From NCBI GenBank assembly GCA_008080735.1, contig SHMW01000061.1:1-27297 (forward strand): a stretch of 27,297 bases of DNA, written 5' to 3'. Each line of letters begins with the position of its first letter. Positions within the stretch are counted from its first letter, which is position 1. This DNA comes from Promethearchaeota archaeon. GTDB taxonomy: Archaea > Asgardarchaeota > Lokiarchaeia > Sigyniarchaeales > SOKP01. Positions 17,475 through 27,221 of this stretch are shown here, in pieces. Made by a program: the position numbers and the translations under genes. Below the pieces are notes generated by a model. The model ran no database searches and was not told where the DNA came from. It saw only the letters and a program-made list of their open reading frames with translations.

Positions 17475-17954
17475 ATGAGTAAAAATAATATCAAAGTAGA
17501 AATCGCATCACCAGAGCAAATAGACGCATTAAAAGAGCTTACGAAACTATTAGTGGAAGGATTAGGACAAGATTTTGAGCCCAAAAGATTTGATTGGGGG
17601 ATTAGACGGCGATTATTTGATCCATTACAACGACATGGAATTTTAATCGCAACAGATGAGAGAACCGGAGATGTCGTTGGAATGATTATCGCGGAACTCC
17701 GAATCGATCCTTTTGGGAAGTCTGAAGGATATATCAAACAATTTTTCTTAAAAAACGATTATCGAGGACATGGGATTGGTCACCAGCTTTTACAACAAGC
17801 ACTCGGACATCTTAAAAAAATCCAAGTGGAGAAGGTCAAAGTGAATATTAGAGAAGAGGCAAAGCGCGCTGCAAAACTATATGAACGGATGAATTTCGAG
17901 AAAAAATATGAAGTGCTCGAATTAGACCTCGAAGAAGATTATCCAGATAAATAA
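17475..17954 (+). CDS. GNAT-family N-acetyltransferase
   Basis: Acetyl-CoA binding motif A (YRGHGIGHQLL) and C-terminal AAKLYERMNF. Confidence 0.9.
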   Translation: MSKNNIKVEIASPEQIDALKELTKLLVEGLGQDFEPKRFDWGIRRRLFDPLQRHGILIATDERTGDVVGMIIAELRIDPFGKSEGYIKQFFLKNDYRGHGIGHQLLQQALGHLKKIQVEKVKVNIREEAKRAAKLYERMNFEKKYEVLELDLEEDYPDK

Positions 17955-17979
17955 TTACATCTAATGGATCTACATTTTT

Positions 17980-18963
17980 ATGAGTATTGATTTAGAAGTT
18001 TGGGTTGAGAAATACAGGCCAGCTGATTTTGACGAGATAGTCAGCCAAAATATTGCGGTAAATAATTTAAAGTCGTTTGTAAAAGACAAATTTGATATGC
18101 CCCATATGATATTCGCAGGACCTGCGGGTACAGGAAAAACGAGTACCGCATTAATTATTGCGAATAAACTACTGAAAAAAGATAAATATTATAGAAATGT
18201 CTTAGAGCTAAATGCCTCGGATACGGTAAGAATGAAATTTGTCAGAGAAAAATTAAACGATTTTGTAAATCAAAACATGATTCTCACGGAAAACGAGCTC
18301 AAAATAGTTATATTGGATGAGGCAGATAATATCCCGAAAACGGTTCAGCAGACACTCAGAAGAATAATCGAGAGTGCCCCTACCAACGTGAAATTTATTT
18401 TAATGTGTAATTATATTAACCAAATTATTGATCCAATCGTTTCGAGATGTGCAGTCTTTAGATTTGTAAGTCTCCCAAAAGAAAAAGTGGTAGAAAAGCT
18501 CAAGTATATAGCCCAACAAGAAGATCTCTCCATTCCTAAAGAGAGAGAAAAAGAATTTTTTGATACATTATATTTCATCTCTTCTGGTGATTTACGGAAA
18601 GCAATTAATACCTTACAGATGGCAGTCTCCTTAGAATTATTAAAGGACCTTAATATCGATGAAATCTTAAAAATTTCTGGTTTTATAGAAAATGCTGTCT
18701 TTATAAACCTTAAAACCGCTTTGCTGGATGGCCATTTTCTCAAAGCAAGAGAAATTTTTACCTCAATAGATTATCTCGATAGTCGTAATTTTATCCGACA
18801 ATTGATGCAACTAATTCCAGATTTACATGAGATGGGTAATATCGAAAAATCAGAACTAATTTCCTATTTTGGAGATATTGATTATTATATTAGTCAAGGT
18901 GGAGATGAGGAGATTCAATTAACTTCCCTCTTAGCAGAAATTGCTACAAAAAAAAAGGTATAA
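17980..18963 (+). CDS. rfcS: Replication factor C small subunit 1
   Basis: WVEKYRP, Walker A GPAGTGKT, LELNASD, Walker B ILDEAD, SRC arginine finger and GDLRKAIN. Confidence 0.95.
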   Translation: MSIDLEVWVEKYRPADFDEIVSQNIAVNNLKSFVKDKFDMPHMIFAGPAGTGKTSTALIIANKLLKKDKYYRNVLELNASDTVRMKFVREKLNDFVNQNMILTENELKIVILDEADNIPKTVQQTLRRIIESAPTNVKFILMCNYINQIIDPIVSRCAVFRFVSLPKEKVVEKLKYIAQQEDLSIPKEREKEFFDTLYFISSGDLRKAINTLQMAVSLELLKDLNIDEILKISGFIENAVFINLKTALLDGHFLKAREIFTSIDYLDSRNFIRQLMQLIPDLHEMGNIEKSELISYFGDIDYYISQGGDEEIQLTSLLAEIATKKKV

Positions 18964-18997
18964 AAAATACTTCAAAAAAGAGTTAGAAACAAAAAAA

Positions 18998-20044
18998 ATG
19001 TCAGAAGATTCCCCTATTTGGCGCCTTAAGTATCAGCCGCAAGTATTAGATGATATCGCAGGACGAGAAAGTACGATTTCGAGATTGAAAGAAGTCATTC
19101 AAAAAGGAAATTTTCCTCACCTCTTATTTGTGGGGAGTGAAGGAATAGGAAAAACCACTATCGCCCGATTATTTGCTAAAGAATTTTTGGGGCGATATTA
19201 TGATGCCAATTTTAAATTGGTCTATGCGGATGTTCCCTTAAGTCAAGACGAAAGAAATCAAGCACGTTCTGAAGCCTATGTATCTACTAATAGAATAGGG
19301 AGTATGGCAGGGAAGAAAATAACGACTCCGGCTTTTATCCAAGTAAAGATAAAACCCTTTGTCCAATTGAAAATGATTGGTGATATTCCCTTTAAAATTC
19401 TCGTGGTTAAAAATTTTGAAGTGCTTGGCTCAGATCAGCAAGGATTTAGGAGATTAATGGAAATCTATGGCTCAAATTGCAGGATGATACTTATAACCAC
19501 CAAGATCTCTGGAATAATTGATCCAATAATCTCTAGATGTCAACTATTCCTAATTCCTCAAATTACATATGAAAATTTTGAAACTCTCATTAAGTCAATT
19601 GCACAAAAAGAATCTCTTGAATTAGCATCAGGAACATTAGAATTCTTATATAGAATTTCTGAAGGAAAAATAGCGAATGCAATAGATTTACTCCAATTAA
19701 GTAGCACAAGGGGTAAAAAGATAGATTTAAATGTGCTTTATAATAATATGAAAAAATTTCGAAATCAAGAGATTAGAGAGCTCTTAAAAAAGACTTTTAC
19801 TGATGAATTCAAAGAAGCTCGAGAACTCTTCAGAGAAATTTCATCTGAATATAAATATAACGCTCACGAATTTTTTGTGAAACTATTAGAGGAAATTCAC
19901 AGACTTCCATTTTCTCAATATACAAAAAGTAAAATAATTAATATGATTGCGGATGCGGATGTTCGAGCGCTTGAAGGATTAGATGATGACATTCAGATAT
20001 CCGCACTAATTACAAAATTAGCCGAATTAACTGAAGGGATGTGA
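18998..20044 (+). CDS. Replication factor C small subunit 2 with degenerate Walker B. Likely start is ATG 18998 rather than TTG 18941.
   Basis: WRLKYQP, PHLLFVG, Walker A GSEGIGKT and IISRC. The Walker B position reads KILVVKNFE, and there is an insertion after Walker A. Confidence 0.88.
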   Translation: MSEDSPIWRLKYQPQVLDDIAGRESTISRLKEVIQKGNFPHLLFVGSEGIGKTTIARLFAKEFLGRYYDANFKLVYADVPLSQDERNQARSEAYVSTNRIGSMAGKKITTPAFIQVKIKPFVQLKMIGDIPFKILVVKNFEVLGSDQQGFRRLMEIYGSNCRMILITTKISGIIDPIISRCQLFLIPQITYENFETLIKSIAQKESLELASGTLEFLYRISEGKIANAIDLLQLSSTRGKKIDLNVLYNNMKKFRNQEIRELLKKTFTDEFKEARELFREISSEYKYNAHEFFVKLLEEIHRLPFSQYTKSKIINMIADADVRALEGLDDDIQISALITKLAELTEGM

Positions 20045-21408
20045 AAAAATTGTCTGAAAGTTCCAAAGAACCTTGGGTTGAGAAATATAGGCCAGAATCC
20101 ATAAAAGATATGGCGCTTCCTTCTGCAAAATTGGGCAGACAGAGGGTAAATTTGGCAGAACACTTAACTGAATTTGTTAAATCCTTCTTCACTGAAATTG
20201 AAAAGATAAATAAAAAAAACAAGAAAATTCGGGCGTTCAATAGAACAGCTACTGAAAAACAGCAAAAGGAAGAAATGAGTTTACCCCCAGAGAAGGCTGC
20301 TGTTTTACTGGAGGGAAAACCGGGAATAGGGAAAACTTCAATAGTCTATGCGCTTGCTAATGATCTGAATATGGAAGTAATTGAGACTAACGCTTCAGAT
20401 ACCCGTACTCGAGAGAGTTTGGAAGCAAAACTTAAGGAAACTTCTAAATCCCGTGGAATAATGGATTTTATCACAGAAAAAAAGAAAAAATTACTCCTTG
20501 TGGATGAAATAGATGGTATTTATGGGACAAAAGATAGAGGGGCGGTACCTGCAATCCTTGATTTAGTCAAGGAGACACAATTTCCTATTATAATGTGCGC
20601 TAATGATTATAAATCAAATCTTCAATCGTTATATAATTTAATTCCTCGCTATGAAGTCCATCCCCTTCCGAAAGAAGAAGTTCTTAAAATCGTGAGTAAG
20701 ATAATCAAAAATGAAAAAATCACAAATATAACCGAAGGAGATTTAGAGCTTATTATTGATAAAAATGCGGGAGATCTGCGAGGCGTGATAAATGATCTTC
20801 AAGCATTAAGTAAGGGGGAGGGAATAGCTACAGAGGAAAAAAAGGATATGATTGACTCGCTACACAGAGATTCCACAGAAGAGATTTTTGGACTGATTCG
20901 TGATTTGTTCCAGAAAGTCCATTCTTTGAATGAGGCCCGAGCTCTTACAGACAAATCAGATGTGGATTATAACTTTTTATATAAATGGGTCAATCAAAAT
21001 ATTCCTTCCTTCATTACCTACAAGGATGAATTGAAAGAAGCATATGAAAATTTAGCGGTTGCAGATGAGGTATTTGGCAGAATTCGTCGAAATATGGAAT
21101 GGTCGTTGTTGCCGTATTTTTATGATTTATTCGCAGGTGGAGTCGTCCTTACGCAAAAAAAGAGTCATTCAACAGGATTTAGACCTGTGAGCTTTCCGCG
21201 CTATAGTTCTTCGGGGGGGATGTCTGTAAATGCCTCAGAACGGAGCTTATACCAAAAAATACGACAAGAATATGAAATCTCCCAAACTGAGGCGATTCGA
21301 GATTTTATTCCGTTTTTAAAGGTATTAGCGGGACTATCTAGACGAGATTTGAAAGATATTAGTGATTGGTTGGATCTTACCGCCAGAGAGAAAAATATCT
21401 TGAAATGA
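20041..21408 (+). CDS. rfcL: Replication factor C large subunit
   Basis: PWVEKYRP, GKPGIGKT, IETNASDTR, LVDEIDG, GDLRGVINDLQ and ADEVFGRIRR...WSLLPY. No SRC motif. The start overlaps the previous stop (GTGA). Confidence 0.92.
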   Translation: MKKLSESSKEPWVEKYRPESIKDMALPSAKLGRQRVNLAEHLTEFVKSFFTEIEKINKKNKKIRAFNRTATEKQQKEEMSLPPEKAAVLLEGKPGIGKTSIVYALANDLNMEVIETNASDTRTRESLEAKLKETSKSRGIMDFITEKKKKLLLVDEIDGIYGTKDRGAVPAILDLVKETQFPIIMCANDYKSNLQSLYNLIPRYEVHPLPKEEVLKIVSKIIKNEKITNITEGDLELIIDKNAGDLRGVINDLQALSKGEGIATEEKKDMIDSLHRDSTEEIFGLIRDLFQKVHSLNEARALTDKSDVDYNFLYKWVNQNIPSFITYKDELKEAYENLAVADEVFGRIRRNMEWSLLPYFYDLFAGGVVLTQKKSHSTGFRPVSFPRYSSSGGMSVNASERSLYQKIRQEYEISQTEAIRDFIPFLKVLAGLSRRDLKDISDWLDLTAREKNILK

Positions 21409-21419
21409 ACTTCATAAAT

Positions 21420-21435
21420 TACTCATTAATGAGTA
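21420..21435. promoter_or_regulatory. Perfect 16-bp palindrome TACTCATTAATGAGTA
   Basis: Read directly from the sequence. Intergenic between rfcL and the membrane-protein gene. Function unknown. Confidence 0.4.
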
Positions 21436-21651
21436 GTTGATAATATTAAATAATCGATTCAATTCTTCTGAAAAACCTTTCTAAATAAATTGGATCCCTA
21501 TTCGGTTGAATATTTCAGATATTTATTTTATTTGATGTCATAAATCCCTAAAAGATGATGCTATTAATACATATTATATTATCTATATTACTCATCAATT
21601 ATATATGAATTGCATTTTTATCCATTTTAAACAAATAAATCTATTCAAAAC

Positions 21652-22341
21652 ATGACGGAAGAATCAAAATCTATTATGGATTTGGGAAATGATGAGGAGG
21701 AAAAAGAAGCAATAATTTCAGAGAAAGCCGCTAGAACCTTGGAAGTAGCAGGATCAGCAATATTTGGGGCACTTTCAATCATAATTGGAGCTTTATTAGC
21801 GCCATCCATCCCCAGAATTGCGGGTTGGTTTATAGCAATAGTAGATCCAATTTCAATTATTTGGATTACTGCATTTCTATTATTCGGTGTTAGAGCGGGT
21901 ATTTTTACCACCTTAATAGGTACGGTTGGATTAATGCCATTCGATCCAACCACTTGGGTTGGACCTTCTATGAAAGCTGCTGCGACTTTATCAACTATGT
22001 TAGTTGCGATTATTGCATTAGAGCTATATAAAAGGAAAGCGGTTGTAAGAAGCAGCAAAAAATTAAAAAGACCAAGAAATTATGTGATATTTGGAGCTTT
22101 AGGACTAATATTGAGAATTTTTGTTATGGTAATTCTTAATGTGCTTGTGTTTACAACATTATATTCATCTGAACTTAATGGAATCACACTAGAATTCCTA
22201 GGGTTACCTGATGTAACTGGAATTACGGCGATTTTGGTAGGTGCTCCGCTTATAAATTTATGGCAAGGCGCAATCGACTTACTAATACCTTACCTCGTTG
22301 TATTTGGCCTTAATTTAGATGAGAAATTCCAAATTTGGTAA
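21652..22341 (+). CDS. Integral membrane protein, ECF transporter S-component-like
   Basis: About 6 hydrophobic helices, AIFGALSII first helix and DPISII...FLLFGVRAG pattern typical of S components. Confidence 0.62.
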   Translation: MTEESKSIMDLGNDEEEKEAIISEKAARTLEVAGSAIFGALSIIIGALLAPSIPRIAGWFIAIVDPISIIWITAFLLFGVRAGIFTTLIGTVGLMPFDPTTWVGPSMKAAATLSTMLVAIIALELYKRKAVVRSSKKLKRPRNYVIFGALGLILRIFVMVILNVLVFTTLYSSELNGITLEFLGLPDVTGITAILVGAPLINLWQGAIDLLIPYLVVFGLNLDEKFQIW

Positions 22342-22449
22342 TTTTGTAATTTTTTCTTTTTCTTTTTTCCTAGTATTTTAATGATATCTTTGAAAGAATA
22401 ATTTTTCTTATATAAAAACAAATCCTTTTTAGTATAACAAATGTAGGAG

Positions 22450-23256
22450 TTGAATTTTATATCAATTAATGACTATAAATATATTTTAGTAAGCTCCAGA
22501 GGAGGAATAATAAGAATTAAATTAAACCGACCTGAAAGATTAAACGCCTTAAATTATCCATTAATTATGGAAATCGTGGAGATATTAGAAAAGTCCATGA
22601 AAAATAAGAAAATAAGGGTCATTACAGTGCAAGGGGCGGGAAATAATTTTTGTTCTGGTGATGATTTACAGAGTATGGGACCCGAGGGGGTTAAGTTCAA
22701 ACCCCTTGATGACGGATCGCAACTTCCACATCAAAGGATGGTGAGATTAATCAGAAAAATTCGAAAACCCGTAATCGCATTATTGGAGGGTTATTGTTTA
22801 GGTGCTGGATTCGACCTCGCTTTAGCTTGTGATTTCAGAATCGCAGCAGATAACTTGGAAATAGGGGATCATCGCGCATCGCGGGCCATATGTGTAATGA
22901 GTGGAGGAAGCTGGCTACTTCCTCGAATTATAGGATTTGGGAGAGCTACAGAATTGGTCTTAACGGGGAGGCATTTAGATGCTAAGAAAGCTTATGAAAT
23001 CGGTCTGATTACACAATACTTTCCAGAAAACGAGTTCGGAACAAAATCAACCGAATTTATTCAAGATATAGCAACATTGGCCACAAAATGTTTAGGATAT
23101 AATAAAGCAATGTTAAATTATTCTCTGCGAAATGATTTCTTTCCCTCCCTACAAAATGAATTCAAACTGTATTGTAAGAATATCGCATCAAAGGATTTTG
23201 GAGAGGGAATGAAATCGTTTCAAGAAAAACGCGATCCAAAATTTATTGGACGCTGA
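22450..23256 (+). CDS. Enoyl-CoA hydratase/isomerase (crotonase superfamily)
   Basis: LNRPERLNAL, FCSGDDL, KPVIA, GAGFDLALACDFRIA and C-terminal EGMKSFQEKRDPKFIGR. AGGAG lies close upstream. Confidence 0.92.
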   Translation: MNFISINDYKYILVSSRGGIIRIKLNRPERLNALNYPLIMEIVEILEKSMKNKKIRVITVQGAGNNFCSGDDLQSMGPEGVKFKPLDDGSQLPHQRMVRLIRKIRKPVIALLEGYCLGAGFDLALACDFRIAADNLEIGDHRASRAICVMSGGSWLLPRIIGFGRATELVLTGRHLDAKKAYEIGLITQYFPENEFGTKSTEFIQDIATLATKCLGYNKAMLNYSLRNDFFPSLQNEFKLYCKNIASKDFGEGMKSFQEKRDPKFIGR

Positions 23257-23276
23257 CCAATTCTTAAATATTAGAA

Positions 23277-24554
23277 ATGGAACTTACAAGTCAAATTAAG
23301 GAATATATTCTCGAGGGAGTGGTTAAGAGATTTCTTAAATATGTTCAAATAGATTCCCAATCTGATGATAATTCTAACTCGTTTCCATCCACTCAAGAAC
23401 AAATTCAGTTTGGAAAGGTTTTAGTGGAAGAACTTAAACTTTTAGGATTGCAAAACATCATCCATGATAAATATGGTTATATTTATGCTCAATTGCGTGC
23501 ATCTAAGGGATACGAAAGTTCTCAAGAAATCGGACTAATTGCTCATTTAGATACCTCCCCTTCTGTGAATGGAAAAGATGTCAAACCCAAAATACATTCA
23601 AATTACCAAGGAGGCGTAATAAATTTTGAAAAAAATAAGAATTTGGTTCTCTCTCTGGAAGATTCGCCAGCATTAAATGACTATATGGGAGAAGATATCA
23701 TTACTTCAAAAGGTGATACTTTACTTGGAGCGGATGACAAGGCGGGAATAGCTGAGATAATGACGCTCTGTGATGTTTTATCTACATTCACGCAATTAGT
23801 ACATGGTCCCATTGTGATTTGTTTTTTTCCTGATGAAGAGTTAGGAAAAGGTACCGAAAAAATCGATATTTCCAAATTACCCCGCATTTGCTATACTGTC
23901 GATGGTTCTAGAATAGGTGAATTGGAATTTGAATGTTTTGATGCGTGGAAGGTCAATATAATTTTTAAGGGATTGAACGTTCATCCGGGTTATGCAAAAG
24001 GATTGATGATAAATTCGATTCATATAGCAGCGCAGTTCATTAGTGATCTGCCGGAATTTGAAACTCCACGAAATACCGAAGGAAGAGAAGGATTTTATCA
24101 TCTTATATCTCTTAAAGGAACGCCAGAAAAATCAAAAGCAACTCTCCTATTACGAGATTTCGAAGAGGAGAAGAATTCAGAGCGATTTAAATATCTCGAA
24201 ATTCTAAAAACTTTATATGAGAGAAAATATGAAGGGCTCAAAATTGAAATAGATGTAGAACATCAATATGAGAATATGAAAAAATATCTGGAGAGCGATT
24301 CTAAGGTAATTAAAATTGCTAAAGAGGCAATTCAAAAGGCTGGGTTAGATCCGATCATCCATTCCATTAGAGGAGGAACTGACGGTGCACACTTAAGCAA
24401 AAAAGGAATACCAACCCCAAACCTATTTACTGGTGGAATGCTCTTTCATTCTAAAAAGGAATATATACCAAAAATTGCTTTGCAAAAAGCAACAGAAGTT
24501 CTTTTGTATTTAAGCCTTTTATGGAAAAAACATAAAAAAATGAAAGAAAAATAA
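23277..24554 (+). CDS. pepT: Peptidase T (tripeptide aminopeptidase, M20B)
   Basis: RFLKYVQIDSQS, AHLDTSP, TLLGADDKAG, PDEELG, HPGYAKG, IRGGTDG and PTPNLFTGG. Confidence 0.93.
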   Translation: MELTSQIKEYILEGVVKRFLKYVQIDSQSDDNSNSFPSTQEQIQFGKVLVEELKLLGLQNIIHDKYGYIYAQLRASKGYESSQEIGLIAHLDTSPSVNGKDVKPKIHSNYQGGVINFEKNKNLVLSLEDSPALNDYMGEDIITSKGDTLLGADDKAGIAEIMTLCDVLSTFTQLVHGPIVICFFPDEELGKGTEKIDISKLPRICYTVDGSRIGELEFECFDAWKVNIIFKGLNVHPGYAKGLMINSIHIAAQFISDLPEFETPRNTEGREGFYHLISLKGTPEKSKATLLLRDFEEEKNSERFKYLEILKTLYERKYEGLKIEIDVEHQYENMKKYLESDSKVIKIAKEAIQKAGLDPIIHSIRGGTDGAHLSKKGIPTPNLFTGGMLFHSKKEYIPKIALQKATEVLLYLSLLWKKHKKMKEK

Positions 24555-24572
24555 AATAAGATGAGAAGATAA

Positions 24573-27221
24573 TTATTTTTTTGAGAAATACTTCTCAGAG
24601 ACAATTTTCGCTATTTCAATCCAGAAGCTAAAGGCAATTGAGATTCCAAAAATTAATACCCAATCTAAAAACCCTATTGCCGTCACATTCAATACGGACT
24701 GAAGCGGTGGAATATAGACGATAAGGAACATCACGCCAATCGCGCCTATTGCCCAGATAATCATCATTTTATTTGAGAGATATCCCACCTTTTTCAAGGG
24801 ATCTCTAATGGTTCTCATATTAAACGCTAATAAGACATGAGAGACCATCCATGTTGCAAATGCAATCGTTCTGGCAACCTCGTCGGGATGTATCACCAAG
24901 GCAATGAAATATACGATTAATACGGCTCCTATCAGACTAACCGCGCCCATCAGAATACCCAAATTCATTTCTTTATCCATAAATTTGGCCTCGGGATCGC
25001 GGGGTGGTAATTTCATAACATCGGTCTCACTGGGTTCTACGACAAATGTAGCAGATGCAGCTAAGTCCATAAAGAGTTCAAGTAGTATGATCTGAATTGG
25101 AGCAAATGGTAATTGGACTCCAAAAAGAACAGGAAGTAGAAATATAACAATAAGAGCCATTTTTACTGCAAGATAATATCTAACGCCTTTTCTAAGATTA
25201 TCATATAATTTCCTTCCTTGCTCGACCGCATAAGTGATAGTCGCGAAATTATCGTCTAATAAAACCATATCTCCCGTTTCTTTGGCAACATCAGTTCCAG
25301 TTTTTCCCATCGCAACACCTATATCCGCTTTTTTTAAGGCTGGAGCATCGTTTATTCCATCGCCTGTTACTGCGACTTGCTCTCCGTTTTCTTTAAGTGC
25401 TTCTACAATCTTGAGTTTATGTTCAGGAGTGGCTCTTGCAAATACATTGATATAATTCACCCGACCTTTCAAGCCGTCCTTATCCATTTCCTCAACTTCT
25501 CGACCGAGAAGTACTTTTCTCGCGTCAATTCCAACCTCTTGTCCAATAGCTTGAGCAGTCTGTTCATAATCTCCTGTGATCATCAAAACCCTAATTCCAG
25601 CGCTTTTACATTCCTCAATTGCATCTTTTACCTCTCCTCTCGGAGGATCAATAAACCCTCCAATACCGCAGAATATAAGGTCTTTTTCTGCTTCCTCTTG
25701 AGAAATATCAGGGGTATTAAGCTCTTTAAAGGCGAATCCTAATACTCTTAACCCATTTTCAGCCATATCTCTGACTTTAGCGAGGATCTCTTCCTTTATG
25801 TCTTCAGTGAGATCTTTTTTAGAGCCATCTGAAATAAATTGTTGAGCGTTGTTAAGTATTTGTTCTGTCGCGCCTTTTAAAAAGAGGTTATAACTTCCAT
25901 TCACTTTATAAATCTGAGACATCATCATACGCTTGTTATCAAAGGTAAATTCTTGAGTTAGCTTGTATTTTTGAGATAATTCCTTATAAGAAATATTGGC
26001 CTCTTCTGCGGCATGAATCAACGCGATCTCCATAGGATCTCCTTTATAGGAGAGTAAATCTCCGTCCTTCTCTATTAACACATCATTTACCATAGCACCA
26101 ATTTCCAATACTTGCCTTTGACATTCGGATAATTCTTTGCCATCTAACTCAATAGTATCTCCATCAGCGTATATTTTCGCAAGCCTCATCTCATTTTTCG
26201 TAAGTGTACCGGTTTTATCAGTTGCAATTACAGTGACACTTCCTAATGTCTCAGCAGTTTTCAAGTACTTTACCAATGCATTATTCTTGGATAAAGAATA
26301 TGCTCCTAACGCTAATACAACTGTGATAATGATGGGTAATTCTTCTGGAACTGTGGCAAAAGAAAGACTTAATCCCGTTAATATCATCTCGAAGATATTT
26401 TTACCCTGTAAAATGCCTACAACCGGTATCAATACTGCAAAAAAGACTGCAACACCCACAAGCCACAACGATAATTGCTTCATAGCTAATTGTAGCGGAG
26501 TTTTTGGCTCTTTAATGCTTTCCGTCAATCCAGCGATCTTCCCGAGTTCGGTGGTCATTGCTGTCGCTACAACGATACCCTTACCTTTTCCTCGTGTAAC
26601 CGTTGTCCCTGCAAACGCCATATTCTCACGTTCCAGCAGATCAGTCTTTCCCTCTAAAGTATGTTCAGCATTCTTGGTAACTGGAGTTGATTCACCCGTT
26701 AGGGCCGATTCATCTAATTGAAGACCATATGCTTCAGTTAATCTTAAATCCGCGGGTACTCTGTTCCCTACCTTTAGGAATACTATATCTCCCAAAACGA
26801 GATTTTCTGGTTTTATATCTTGGATTTTTCCGTCTCGTAAAACAGTTGCATCAGGCACTGCCAATTCTTTCAGTGATTCAATTGTTTTTTTGGCTCTGTA
26901 TTCGTTATAGATTTCCACAAATACTAAGATTGCGATAATCACGAAGATTGTAATTCCATCGAAAGGATCTCCTTCAAGGACTAATCCGAATATCGTATAT
27001 ACGATGCCTACACCAAATAATAAGAGTATCATCGGCTCAAAAATCTCGTGTAGTAATACCTTCAAAAAGCTAACCTCTCGCTTTTCTTGAAGCTTATTCT
27101 CTCCGTATTTCTCTAATCTATTTTGATAGTCTTCCTCAGAGAGTCCTTGAGAAGGATCCACTTCTAATTCTTGTGAAATCTCTTCGATTGTTTTTGTATA
27201 TGATTTTTTAGTTTCACTCAT
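24573..27221 (-). CDS. Cation-transporting P-type ATPase (type II-like)
   Basis: TGES, phosphorylation motif DKTGTLT, KGA, DPPR, MITGD and TGDGINDAPALK. About 10 transmembrane segments. Confidence 0.95.
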   Translation of the reverse strand: MSETKKSYTKTIEEISQELEVDPSQGLSEEDYQNRLEKYGENKLQEKREVSFLKVLLHEIFEPMILLLFGVGIVYTIFGLVLEGDPFDGITIFVIIAILVFVEIYNEYRAKKTIESLKELAVPDATVLRDGKIQDIKPENLVLGDIVFLKVGNRVPADLRLTEAYGLQLDESALTGESTPVTKNAEHTLEGKTDLLERENMAFAGTTVTRGKGKGIVVATAMTTELGKIAGLTESIKEPKTPLQLAMKQLSLWLVGVAVFFAVLIPVVGILQGKNIFEMILTGLSLSFATVPEELPIIITVVLALGAYSLSKNNALVKYLKTAETLGSVTVIATDKTGTLTKNEMRLAKIYADGDTIELDGKELSECQRQVLEIGAMVNDVLIEKDGDLLSYKGDPMEIALIHAAEEANISYKELSQKYKLTQEFTFDNKRMMMSQIYKVNGSYNLFLKGATEQILNNAQQFISDGSKKDLTEDIKEEILAKVRDMAENGLRVLGFAFKELNTPDISQEEAEKDLIFCGIGGFIDPPRGEVKDAIEECKSAGIRVLMITGDYEQTAQAIGQEVGIDARKVLLGREVEEMDKDGLKGRVNYINVFARATPEHKLKIVEALKENGEQVAVTGDGINDAPALKKADIGVAMGKTGTDVAKETGDMVLLDDNFATITYAVEQGRKLYDNLRKGVRYYLAVKMALIVIFLLPVLFGVQLPFAPIQIILLELFMDLAASATFVVEPSETDVMKLPPRDPEAKFMDKEMNLGILMGAVSLIGAVLIVYFIALVIHPDEVARTIAFATWMVSHVLLAFNMRTIRDPLKKVGYLSNKMMIIWAIGAIGVMFLIVYIPPLQSVLNVTAIGFLDWVLIFGISIAFSFWIEIAKIVSEKYFSKK

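Noticed and set aside
18941-18997. TTG start at 18941, or fusion of the two small RFC subunits by slippage on the A9 run (18948-56)
   Set aside because: ATG 18998 gives a normal RFC N-terminus, A-runs are common throughout this AT-rich window, and no stimulatory structure is evident.
26137-26721. 194-aa plus-strand ORF and the other short ORFs overlapping long genes
   Set aside because: They are antisense or off-frame shadows of well-supported genes with no recognisable motifs.
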